Source of the DNA: a virus
Virus record (IMG/VR): IMGVR_UViG_3300045988_079560
Reading direction: 5' to 3' (one strand)
Length of the DNA stretch: 64,000 nucleotides
Notes under the pieces: model-generated
Database searches by the model: none
Told to the model about the DNA's origin: nothing
The model's input: only the letters and a program-made list of their open reading frames with translations
Part shown: in pieces, positions 43,515-50,864 of the stretch
Position numbering within the stretch: position 1 is the first letter of the stretch
Layout of the letters: every line of letters begins with the position of its first letter
Translations under genes and position numbers: made by a program

Positions 43515-45167
43515 ATGGCTCAACACGAACTATCGAATAAAGAGATTATCGTAAGGCTTCTGAAAAGCGATCTGAGTGACTATGACAATCTTCTGTCCTT
43601 ACTCGGAATGGCAAATGAGGTTATCCAGGAAGATAAAGAACTTTCACGGAAATTAGCGAATAAGGTCAGATTCCTTGCACTGAGACTATGTGCGACAGAA
43701 GATATTAAATATTACGATTTGTACAATAAGGCTCTTTTGTTCTTGGCACAGGAACATAAGGATTTTGACTCTTATCTGCTCTATGTGGAAAAGAACAGAG
43801 ATCCAGAGGACAGATACTATCAGCCACGAAGAAATAAGATTTATTGGCTTGTACAGAAGATGCAGAGGCTTATTGATGATGAGTTGGATATTCTATCAAT
43901 ATCAATGCCTCCTGGCACCGGCAAGACCACACTGGGAGAGTTTTTCATATCGTTTGTAATGGGGCATTACCCAAACACACCAAACCTTATGTCCTCCCAT
44001 TCTGGATTCATGACGAGAATGTTCTATGATGCCGTTCTCAACATAATTACCAGTAATGAATATTGTTGGAGCGATGTGTTCCCGGATATTGTATTTGAGG
44101 GAAACAACGCAAAAGAAGAGACAATAAACCTTGGAAGATGGCAGCCGTTTAAGACACTGACCTGCAGACCAATCAGAGGTTCCCTTACCGGTGTTACCCG
44201 TTGTGAGGGATTTCTGTATGTGGATGATTTGGTTTCCGGTATCGAAGAGGCTCTGTCTATTGATCGTCTGGATAAGTTGTACGGAGAGTACACCACAGAC
44301 CTTAAATCTCGTAAAAAGAAGAAAGCAAAAGAGATCCACATTGCAACCCGATGGAGTGTGCATGATGTTATTGGCCGGCTTGAAAGAATGTATGAGGGCA
44401 ATCCGAGGGCAGAGTTCATTGCTGTTCCAGATATTGATCCTCAGACCGGAAAAAGCAACTTTGATTACGATTACGATGTTGGATTTGATGAGAAATACTT
44501 CCACGATATGGAAATGTCGATGGATGATGTATCATATCGCTGCCTGTACAAGAGCGATCCGATTGAGAGAGAGGGTATTCTGTATCATCCAACAGAATTA
44601 CAGAGATATATCGGAGGACTGCCGGACAGAGAACCGGATTCTATATTGGCAATCTGCGATACCAAAGACACCGGTACAGACTACAACTTCCTCGGAGTTT
44701 TCTATCAGTACGGAGACAGATACTATCTGGAAGATCTGGTATTCAAGAACATCGACCCTGGAACCTTGGACGAACTCAACTCAGATATGCTTGTTAAGCA
44801 TCATGTACAGCAAGCACAGTTCGAGAGTAACAAAGAGGGTAGCAGAACCGCAAATGAAGTTGAGAGACTTGTCAAAGCCAAAGGCGGCAGATGCCATATT
44901 ACGAAGAAATACACTACTCAGAACAAAGAGACCAAGATCATCGTCAATTCCTCATGGGTTAAGGAACACGTCATATTCAAGGATATTACAGAATATGAGC
45001 CTAAGAGTGATTACGGTGTGATGATGTCATTCCTTTGCAGCTATACACAGCTCGGAAAGAATAAACATGATGATGCGCCGGACACTCTGGCAATGTTCGC
45101 CCAGTTTGTAGATGCTCTTCTTGGCGGAGAGGGACAGGTAGTAAAGAGAAGTGACTTAGGAATATAG
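43515..45167 (+). CDS. terL: Terminase large subunit
   Basis: LSISMPPGTGKTTLGEFF (Walker A-like); LYVDDLVSGIEEAL; nuclease ICDTKDTGTDYNFLG. Confidence 0.93.
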   Translation: MAQHELSNKEIIVRLLKSDLSDYDNLLSLLGMANEVIQEDKELSRKLANKVRFLALRLCATEDIKYYDLYNKALLFLAQEHKDFDSYLLYVEKNRDPEDRYYQPRRNKIYWLVQKMQRLIDDELDILSISMPPGTGKTTLGEFFISFVMGHYPNTPNLMSSHSGFMTRMFYDAVLNIITSNEYCWSDVFPDIVFEGNNAKEETINLGRWQPFKTLTCRPIRGSLTGVTRCEGFLYVDDLVSGIEEALSIDRLDKLYGEYTTDLKSRKKKKAKEIHIATRWSVHDVIGRLERMYEGNPRAEFIAVPDIDPQTGKSNFDYDYDVGFDEKYFHDMEMSMDDVSYRCLYKSDPIEREGILYHPTELQRYIGGLPDREPDSILAICDTKDTGTDYNFLGVFYQYGDRYYLEDLVFKNIDPGTLDELNSDMLVKHHVQQAQFESNKEGSRTANEVERLVKAKGGRCHITKKYTTQNKETKIIVNSSWVKEHVIFKDITEYEPKSDYGVMMSFLCSYTQLGKNKHDDAPDTLAMFAQFVDALLGGEGQVVKRSDLGI

Positions 45168-45178
45168 AAAGGGATAGC

Positions 45179-45433
45179 ATGGGACAATATAGTTTCGCCA
45201 CCAACTTGAAAAAAGAAAGAACGAATAGGGGAATTACACAACACGAACTTGCAACGGGCGTTCATGTGGCACAGAATACCGTGAGTGATTGGGAACAATG
45301 CAAAAGTTATCCGTCAATCGACAAGATATACGATATAGCAAATTTTCTCAAAATCCCTGTAAGCAAGTTGATTTCTGACGTTCAGAAAAACGGTTGTAAA
45401 GCCGACTGCACACAGAAAAACAATTTTTTTTGA
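45179..45433 (+). CDS. XRE-family HTH regulator
   Basis: GITQHELATGVHVAQNTVSDWEQ. Confidence 0.85.
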   Translation: MGQYSFATNLKKERTNRGITQHELATGVHVAQNTVSDWEQCKSYPSIDKIYDIANFLKIPVSKLISDVQKNGCKADCTQKNNFF

Positions 45434-45451
45434 AAATTTTGTTTATTCCAC

Positions 45452-45526
45452 TTGACAAAGAATGTTTAGTGCGCTATACTACGACCATACCAAGTGACAC
45501 GGACATAAGTTCAACGGACTAAACAC
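45452..45526 (+). promoter_or_regulatory. Promoter of the tRNA/ncRNA region with repressor operators
   Basis: TTGACA(45452)-17 nt containing TGTTTAGT-TATACT(45475); second site GGACTAAACAC at 45516. Confidence 0.75.
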
Positions 45527-45586
45527 ACAAGGTATGGCATTAAAGTTTCTCCTAACCATTACGGCACAGTAACAGTGCCGTAATAT

Positions 45587-45659
45587 GGGAAGTAAGCTAA
45601 CTCGGTAGAAGCGATGGACTGAAAATCCATAGGAGTTGGTTCGACACCAACACTTCCCA
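45587..45659 (+). tRNA. tRNA-Phe(GAA)
   Basis: GGGAAGT/ACTTCCC, loop CTGAAAA, T-arm GTTGGTTCGACACCAAC. Confidence 0.9.
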
Positions 45660-45759
45660 CTCAGGATTACTGTTCCCCGACAGCAATCCTACATCGGAGG
45701 GTTCCCACTTACAATGATCCTCCGAGACCTCACATGGAATCTCCCCAAGTGTGAGGTAT

Positions 45760-45833
45760 GGACCATTAGCTCAGTTGGTTAGAGCGTCCGGCTCATAACC
45801 GGATGGTCTGGGGTTCAAGTCCCTGATGGTCCA
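45760..45833 (+). tRNA. tRNA with CAT anticodon (elongator Met or Ile2)
   Basis: GGACCAT/ATGGTCC, loop CTCATAA. Confidence 0.9.
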
Positions 45834-45995
45834 CGCATGGCGATCTGGCATTTCCCGGGTAAATGGAAGCTACACCAAGATAGACCAGACGAAGTAAGGT
45901 GGTTGAGTGCGCCGATGCAGAACAGAAACGGAATGTCCAGCGCATGACCGTGACGGCTACCAGAGGTAGTAATACAAACGGAAAAGGAGAACGGA

Positions 45996-46973
45996 ATGAG
46001 TATCATTTTGACGATTATCGGAATCATACTTTTCCTCGGCGGCATCATTGCAGGATGTTCGTTAAAACAGTATGAAATCGAGGAAAAGGGAAATGAGAAA
46101 GCAAAATTCCCAAAAGGTTTTGTTGTTGTGATACTTGTTGGTCTGATTGTATTCGGAGTAGGTAATTCGCTCGTGATTATACCGACCGGATATACCGGAG
46201 TTAAAAGCACATTCGGACAGATTGATGAGACAACAATACAGAACGGCGCAAATTGGAAGATCCCATTCGTCCAGAAGATTGAGAAAGTCAACAACAAGCA
46301 GCAGGACATTGTGTTTGACGGACAGATTTGGTCTGAAACATCAGAGAGAACAGCACTGTATTATGATGGCATCACAGTTACATACCAGATCAACCCGGAA
46401 ATGTCCGCATGGATTTATGCCAACGTCAGCAACTATAAGGAAAACCTTGTAACGCAGACACTTGTGGCTTCCGCAATCAAGACAAGCAGTAAGTCCTTGA
46501 CCTCAACAGATGCAACGAACAGAGGAATTGTAGAGCCTCTTTCCATGCAGAACATTCAGAAAGCCCTCGATGAGAAATATGGAGAGGACGTAGTAATCAT
46601 CAACAAGGTAGTAATTGCCAATACTGATTTTGAGGACAGTTACAATAAGGCAATCGCTGAAAAACAGACCGCACAGTTGGCTTATGAACAGCAGCAGATC
46701 GAAAATCAGAAAAAGATAGAAGCTGCTGAGGCAGATGCCAAGGTAAAAACTACTCAGGCGCAGGGCGAAGCTGACGCTGCCGTTATTAAAGCACAGGGAG
46801 AGGCGGATGCCAATAAGCTGTTGAATGATTCGCTGACGAATAAGATCTTGCAGCAGATGTATTTGGAGAAGTGGGACGGCGCACTGCCGAAAGTGTCACT
46901 GTCTGATGGCACAGACACAATCGTAGACATTGGAGATCTTTCATCAACAACGGAGGTACAGAGCAATGAATAA
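45996..46973 (+). CDS. SPFH/prohibitin-domain membrane protein
   Basis: N-terminal TM segments, GYTGVKSTFGQI, KQTAQLAYEQQQIENQKKIEAAEADAK repeats. Confidence 0.85.
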   Translation: MSIILTIIGIILFLGGIIAGCSLKQYEIEEKGNEKAKFPKGFVVVILVGLIVFGVGNSLVIIPTGYTGVKSTFGQIDETTIQNGANWKIPFVQKIEKVNNKQQDIVFDGQIWSETSERTALYYDGITVTYQINPEMSAWIYANVSNYKENLVTQTLVASAIKTSSKSLTSTDATNRGIVEPLSMQNIQKALDEKYGEDVVIINKVVIANTDFEDSYNKAIAEKQTAQLAYEQQQIENQKKIEAAEADAKVKTTQAQGEADAAVIKAQGEADANKLLNDSLTNKILQQMYLEKWDGALPKVSLSDGTDTIVDIGDLSSTTEVQSNE

Positions 46974-47241
46974 AGCTGAATTAGTACAGGCAATGGCTGA
47001 CGATGCCGGACTTTCCAAAAGTGATGCTGAAAAAGCACTCAACGCATTTGTTGAGATCGTAGGCGGAGAACTTGGAAAAGGCGGAAAAGTGCAGTTGGTC
47101 GGTTTTGGGACATTTGAAGTGACTGAGCGTGCTGCCAGAGTTGGTAAGAACCCTCAGAACGGAAAAGAGATTTCCATTCCGGCTTGCAAAGCACCTAAGT
47201 TCAAAGCCGGTAAAGCACTGAAAGATGAAGTAAATCGCTAA
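46966..47241 (+). CDS. hup: HU-family DNA-binding protein
   Basis: MNKAELVQAMADDAGLSKSDAEKALNAF...VQLVGFGTFEVTERAARVGKNPQNGKEI. Confidence 0.95.
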   Translation: MNKAELVQAMADDAGLSKSDAEKALNAFVEIVGGELGKGGKVQLVGFGTFEVTERAARVGKNPQNGKEISIPACKAPKFKAGKALKDEVNR

Positions 47242-47359
47242 ATGATCGGAGCGAACTTGGTGTAGTGTGGTGGTTCGATTCCACCTGTGGGTGTAGCTCT
47301 AGCGATTAAGATTCCCACCGCTTCTTTCCTAATGTTCTTGGCGATACAAAGAAAATTCC

Positions 47360-47449
47360 GGGCGAACGGCAACGATTGGTGGTGTTGCGGCGGACTGTAA
47401 ATCCGTTCCCTCGCGGTAAACATTGGAGGTTCAATTCCTCTTTCGCCCA
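47360..47449 (+). tRNA. tRNA-Tyr(GTA)
   Basis: GGGCGAA/TTCGCCC, loop CTGTAAA, long variable arm. Confidence 0.9.
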
Positions 47450-47587
47450 TTTAGGTAGATTGCAGCCTATTCACAGAGAATTTACCGGACGCGAACGGCT
47501 TCTCTGCGGAGAATTGCAAGAACCTGGTTACGATTTTTTGTGGTTAAAGGGTACCTTGCTTCCAGTCAAAAAGTAAAAACCACACCT

Positions 47588-47659
47588 GTTCGATTAGTCA
47601 AGCGGTCAAGATACCACCTTTTCACGGTGGGGACGGGAGTTCGATTCTCCCATCGAACA
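47588..47659 (+). tRNA. tRNA-Glu(TTC)
   Basis: GTTCGAT/ATCGAAC, CCACC-TTTTCAC-GGTGG. Confidence 0.9.
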
Positions 47660-48342
47660 TTTCAACCGAGAATAACGCTGACTGTTTACAGTTGGTTTAG
47701 TGTTCCGGCTGAAAAGTATTGGCGAAAGCCGTGGTAAGCAATCATTAAATAGGGAGATTGCAATGCTCACTGAGAGGCTTATGTGAGTAGTCCGGGAAAG
47801 CCGACAGGACTTAAACTTGGAGAGCTTGCGTAAGTCACGCTAAAGACCATCGTTGCAACGATGCCTACGATAGCATAACTGGAAATGCCACGGACACCAT
47901 GCCGGGGAAAGTGGGATTCAACTCCCCACCGTAGGACGAGCGGATTTCTTTACCAATTTCTTATTCCGGCTCACACAGGAAAGAAATGGCGCGGCGAGGT
48001 GGCGAGAACGTAAGTGCTTTTTACATTACCAAGAGTTTTTAAGAAAACTCCGGTGCGGAAAATTTACTGCTTAGAGTGCATGAGCGTTACAGCGATTTAA
48101 GCGGCGCAGAGGATTTAGTAGAGGCTGAGAACTGCGATAACAACGTACATCAGAGGTAAGGCGATAAAGAGCTGGACTCGTCAGAGGTTCTTTGAGTATG
48201 TAGTCGGTGGATTATGAGAACCATGTGGAGGGGTGTAAGGTCCGAGAACCACATTAAAAAATGAAATACCTTTGTTGGCAACTGTCTTACACGTTGCATC
48301 GGTTCGGTAGTGGCAACCATCCAAGCTGCCGCCGGACTGCAT
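47660..48342 (+). ncRNA. Long non-coding, apparently structured region between tRNAs (GOLLD-class candidate)
   Basis: ~680 nt without credible ORF, multiple GNRA-capped and short hairpins (GGCGAAAGCC, GTGGG-ATTCAAC-TCCCCAC), flanked by tRNAs. Confidence 0.35.
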
Positions 48343-48417
48343 TGGGGTATAGCTCAGATGGATAGAGCACAACACTACGGATGTTGGTTAGCGCAGGTTC
48401 GAGTCCTGTTACTCCAA
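48343..48417 (+). tRNA. tRNA-Arg(ACG)
   Basis: TGGGGTA/TACTCCA, CAACA-CTACGGA-TGTTG. Confidence 0.88.
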
Positions 48418-48420
48418 TAA

Positions 48421-48492
48421 TGGCTTGTAGCTCAGTGGTAGAGCGTCTGACTGTTAATCAGAATGTCGTGGGTTCGATCCCCACCTTGCCAG
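48421..48492 (+). tRNA. tRNA-Asn(GTT)
   Basis: TCTGA-CTGTTAA-TCAGA, T-arm GTGGGTTCGATCCCCAC; imperfect acceptor. Confidence 0.85.
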
Positions 48493-48607
48493 TTGGAGAC
48501 ACTTGACTTACTCTTTCAAAGCACTCCATAAAAAGGTTACGAAAGGGCGTTTACGACCGGCGGATAGAGGAACTCCGACTTGTACGTTACCAAGGGAAAA
48601 CTACTCT

Positions 48608-48691
48608 GCCGTGTGTCCGGTTGGTCGAGGGTGCAGTCTTGAAAACTGTCTGGATGTAAAAGTCTCTGGGGTTCAAATCCCTAACACGGCG
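48608..48691 (+). tRNA. tRNA-Ser(TGA)
   Basis: GCCGTGT/ACACGGC, GCAGT-CTTGAAA-ACTGT, long variable arm. Confidence 0.9.
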
Positions 48692-48694
48692 TAT

Positions 48695-48777
48695 GGTGCA
48701 TTGCCGTAATGGTAGCGGAGCGTCTTGCTAAGTCGTCCTGCAGAAATGCAGTACAGGTTCGAGTCCTGTATGCACCG
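48695..48777 (+). tRNA. tRNA-Ser(GCT)
   Basis: GGTGCAT/ATGCACC, loop TTGCTAA, variable arm CTGCAGAAATGCAG. Confidence 0.82.
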
Positions 48778-48780
48778 CTA

Positions 48781-48813
48781 TGAAACCGTATTCCACCGGT
48801 GGAGGAGGTTTCA
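48781..48813 (+). ncRNA. Mini hairpin RNA closed by 7 bp
   Basis: TGAAACC...GGTTTCA enclosing TCCACCGGTGGA. Confidence 0.35.
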
Positions 48814-48818
48814 GAATT

Positions 48819-49037
48819 GGATAGTAGGCAGTAAAGGGTAACTGCAATATTAGTACGGTTGAGGAAAAGGTGCGTCCCGGTGTGGCAACAGCGCAAAGTG
48901 CAGTGATTGGAATAAGCAGGAATGGCAGCCACCCACCTTTGATACGATAGGTTCAAAAATCCGTACGCACCAAACACATGAGGTAATCTGCGACTATCGT
49001 AATATTCCAGTGTAAGGTCCGATTCCTTACCTATCCA
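48819..49037 (+). ncRNA. tRNA-like gene interrupted in the anticodon loop, enclosing a second acceptor-like helix
   Basis: Outer GGATAG/CTATCC, D-like GCAG..CTGC, ATATT(48847-51)/AATAT(49001-05), T-like TAAGGTCCGATTCCTTA; inner GGTGCGT(48869)/ACGCACC(48965-71). Confidence 0.45.
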
Positions 49038-49094
49038 ATCCCGGTCCGGAACGGGACAATAAGCCGAAAGGCGCAGACAGAGAGGAAGAAAGGT

Positions 49095-49457
49095 ATGATA
49101 TTACAAACAATCAAAAAGGGTGTCAGAAATGATACCTTTGAGGAATCCCAGGTTATTCAGTGTTTTGATGTTACTATCGAAAAGGATATGCTTCAAATAT
49201 CCGATGCTGAATCCTCAGATGAAGAATTGGAAATCAGACAGAAGAATTTCAACAAGGCAAAGGAACTTATTGGTGCTGCCGGATTGTGCAGAGATAACAT
49301 TATTTGGTATCTCGGTGATCCGCCATTAGAGAAGAATGTTTCACTCACGGCGGTTACTTTAGATACAGTTACTTATGTGTATAGCCGCATCGGTATTCCT
49401 GATACTATGGTATTTATTCTGAATAATTCTGGAAAGACAATATCCAGAGTGTTATAA
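49095..49457 (+). CDS. Hypothetical protein inside tRNA cluster
   Basis: ORF with RBS (gaggaagaaagg). Confidence 0.6.
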   Translation: MILQTIKKGVRNDTFEESQVIQCFDVTIEKDMLQISDAESSDEELEIRQKNFNKAKELIGAAGLCRDNIIWYLGDPPLEKNVSLTAVTLDTVTYVYSRIGIPDTMVFILNNSGKTISRVL

Positions 49458-49699
49458 AAAGCCGTCCTGACTTCGGACGATAAACCAGTTGGGGTAGAGA
49501 GATTCCCCGCAAGATATTTCCTATCGACATTGCCATTGGTCTCGGCAGAACCGCCAATATGGGGCATTAAGCGGGTGTACGGAAATGTTTAATCAAGTCC
49601 GCCGGTCACATACTGTCGTAGTTAGCACCGGTTAAGTGAGGAACGCAAGGAACGACATAGCAGAACTTACAAAGCAGCCTAGGGGCGAGGTTGCATTAT

Positions 49700-49771
49700 G
49701 GCGGAGTGGAGCAGTGGTAGCTTGCCGGGTTCATGCCCCGGAGGTCGTTGGTTCAAATCCAACCTCCGCAA
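49700..49771 (+). tRNA. Initiator-like tRNA-Met(CAT)
   Basis: TGGAGCAG D-arm start, CCGGG-TTCATGC-CCCGG, unpaired 1-72 position. Confidence 0.85.
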
Positions 49772-49804
49772 CTCATACGGATTTCCGTAATGAAAATTGA
49801 ATAT

Positions 49805-49925
49805 GGAGAGGTGGCGGAACGGTAGACGCGGCAGTTATGTACAATACGTCATGTTCGTGGCGTTGACGGCAATATATTACAGCTTGGGGCCTGCTTCATT
49901 GATGGTTCAAATCCATCCCTCTCCA
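49805..49925 (+). ncRNA. tRNA-like gene (Leu-like body) with insert in the anticodon region
   Basis: GGAGAGG/CCTCTCC, TGGCGGAACGGTAGACGC, T-arm GATGGTTCAAATCCATC; insert motif ACG-TCATGTTCGTGG-CGT...ACGGCAA. Confidence 0.6.
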
Positions 49926-49935
49926 TTCAAGGCGA

Positions 49936-49972
49936 TGGCGCAAATGTCCTTACAAATCAAGAAGATGCGCCA
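49936..49972 (+). ncRNA. Mini RNA closed by 7-bp helix
   Basis: TGGCGCA-aatgtccttacaaatcaagaaga-TGCGCCA. Confidence 0.35.
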
Positions 49973-49980
49973 ATTACATG

Positions 49981-50098
49981 AGTGAGGTAGCTCAGTTGGT
50001 AGAGCACGAAAGAAAAATGGATCATGTTTGTGGTCCGAACAGCAATCTTTCATTCCATACTAAGGACGTTGTCGGCGGTTCGAGTCCGTCCCTCACTC
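49981..50098 (+). ncRNA. tRNA-like gene with insert in the anticodon region
   Basis: AGTGAGG/CCTCACT, GCTCAGTTGGTAGAGC, T-arm GGCGGTTCGAGTCCGTC; insert GGA-TCATGTTTGTGG-TCC...ACAGCAAT. Confidence 0.6.
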
Positions 50099-50103
50099 TA
50101 TAT

Positions 50104-50230
50104 GGCGATGTGGTGCAAAGGGAGCACAGCAACTCTGTTAAGAAGAATGTCATGTTAGTGGCATAATCAGCAAACTCCTTTCAATAACAATCCCAAGTTG
50201 CGGATAGAGGTTCGATTCCTCTCATCGTCT
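50104..50230 (+). ncRNA. tRNA-Asn(GTT)-like gene with ~54-nt insert after anticodon loop
   Basis: GGCGATG/CATCGTC; CAACT-CTGTTAA-[54 nt]-AGTTG; insert ATG-TCATGTTAGTGG-CAT...CAGCAA. Confidence 0.6.
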
Positions 50231-50231
50231 C

Positions 50232-50329
50232 TGCCCCGATTGCCGGTTATGGTAAACCGGATGGAACATGGTTGACAGGAGTGTTCCTTACAGCAATCGA
50301 GCATACGGGTTCAAGTCCTGTCGGGGCAA
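50232..50329 (+). ncRNA. tRNA-like gene with non-canonical anticodon/variable region
   Basis: TGCCCCG/CGGGGCA, ACGGGTTCAAGTCCTGT, GGAACA..TGTTCC then TTACAGCAATC. Confidence 0.5.
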
Positions 50330-50334
50330 TTAAG

Positions 50335-50403
50335 TGACGCTTACAGCAATCTTTCAAAACAGAAAATGCCATTGACAATATTTTCCCGTTTGAAACAGCG
50401 TCA
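50335..50403 (+). ncRNA. Small structured RNA, 7-bp closing helix
   Basis: TGACGCT-TACAGCAATC...AGCGTCA; inner TTTCAAAAC/GTTTGAAA and GAAAAT/ATTTTC. Confidence 0.4.
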
Positions 50404-50425
50404 TGTAAAAAGAAAGAGGTTGCCT

Positions 50426-50662
50426 ATGAACCGAAAAGAAGATTATAGGGATATGGAAAAGTATCATAAGGCGTGTCAGAGACAGCATAGGCGATATTAC
50501 AGCAAAACGTCATTTCTATATCCGTCTCATCCGTGGACTGCGGAGGAAGATGCACTGGTAATTAAGCATGAGATTACCGATTCTGAATTGTCTGAGAAAA
50601 TTGGTCGTTCTGTCGGAGCGATACATAACAGGCGGTATGAACTTAAAAAGTTAGCCAGATAG
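50426..50662 (+). CDS. Small HTH-like protein
   Basis: MNRKEDYRDMEKYHKACQRQHRRYYSKTSFLYPSHPWTAEEDALVIKHEITDSELSEKIGRSVGAIHNRRYELKK. Confidence 0.6.
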   Translation: MNRKEDYRDMEKYHKACQRQHRRYYSKTSFLYPSHPWTAEEDALVIKHEITDSELSEKIGRSVGAIHNRRYELKKLAR

Positions 50663-50679
50663 GCATAAAACTTTACATG

Positions 50680-50737
50680 GGACACTTACAGCAACCCTTT
50701 TGGATATGACTGTTAATCATAAACCCCAATAGTGTCC
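50680..50737 (+). ncRNA. tRNA-like RNA apparently lacking a T-arm, GTT in anticodon-like loop
   Basis: GGACACT-TACAGCAACC...TATGA-CTGTTAA-TCATA...AGTGTCC. Confidence 0.4.
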
Positions 50738-50765
50738 TGACAATGAAACAGTAAACAATTTTATA

Positions 50766-50848
50766 GGGACTCCTACAGCAATCACAATGGTTAAAGCAAA
50801 TGTCTAAAAAACAATGTGAAACGGTTCAATTCCGTAAATGAGAGTCCT
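50766..50848 (+). ncRNA. tRNA-like RNA with T-arm-like hairpin directly upstream of Ro60-like gene
   Basis: GGGACTC-CTACAGCAATC...ACGG-TTCAATT-CCGT...GAGTCCT. Confidence 0.4.
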
Positions 50849-50864
50849 GGAAAGGTAGGAAAAC

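Noticed and set aside
44191-45021. 276-aa ORF 44191..45021 (+)
   Set aside because: Overlaps terL entirely in another frame; composition looks like frame-shadow translation.
45731-45758. ACCTCACA..TGTGAGGT hairpin as a terminator before tRNA(CAT)
   Set aside because: No U tract follows and tRNA(CAT) begins immediately, so an RNA processing hairpin is more likely.
47238-47737. Small ORFs 47376..47576, 47540..47737, 48503..48709 in the tRNA cluster
   Set aside because: They run through tRNA genes and structured spacers, so coding is unlikely.
49801-50230. Group I or group II introns in the interrupted tRNAs
   Set aside because: Inserts of ~50-60 nt are far too short and lack the P/Q/R/S or domain V signatures.
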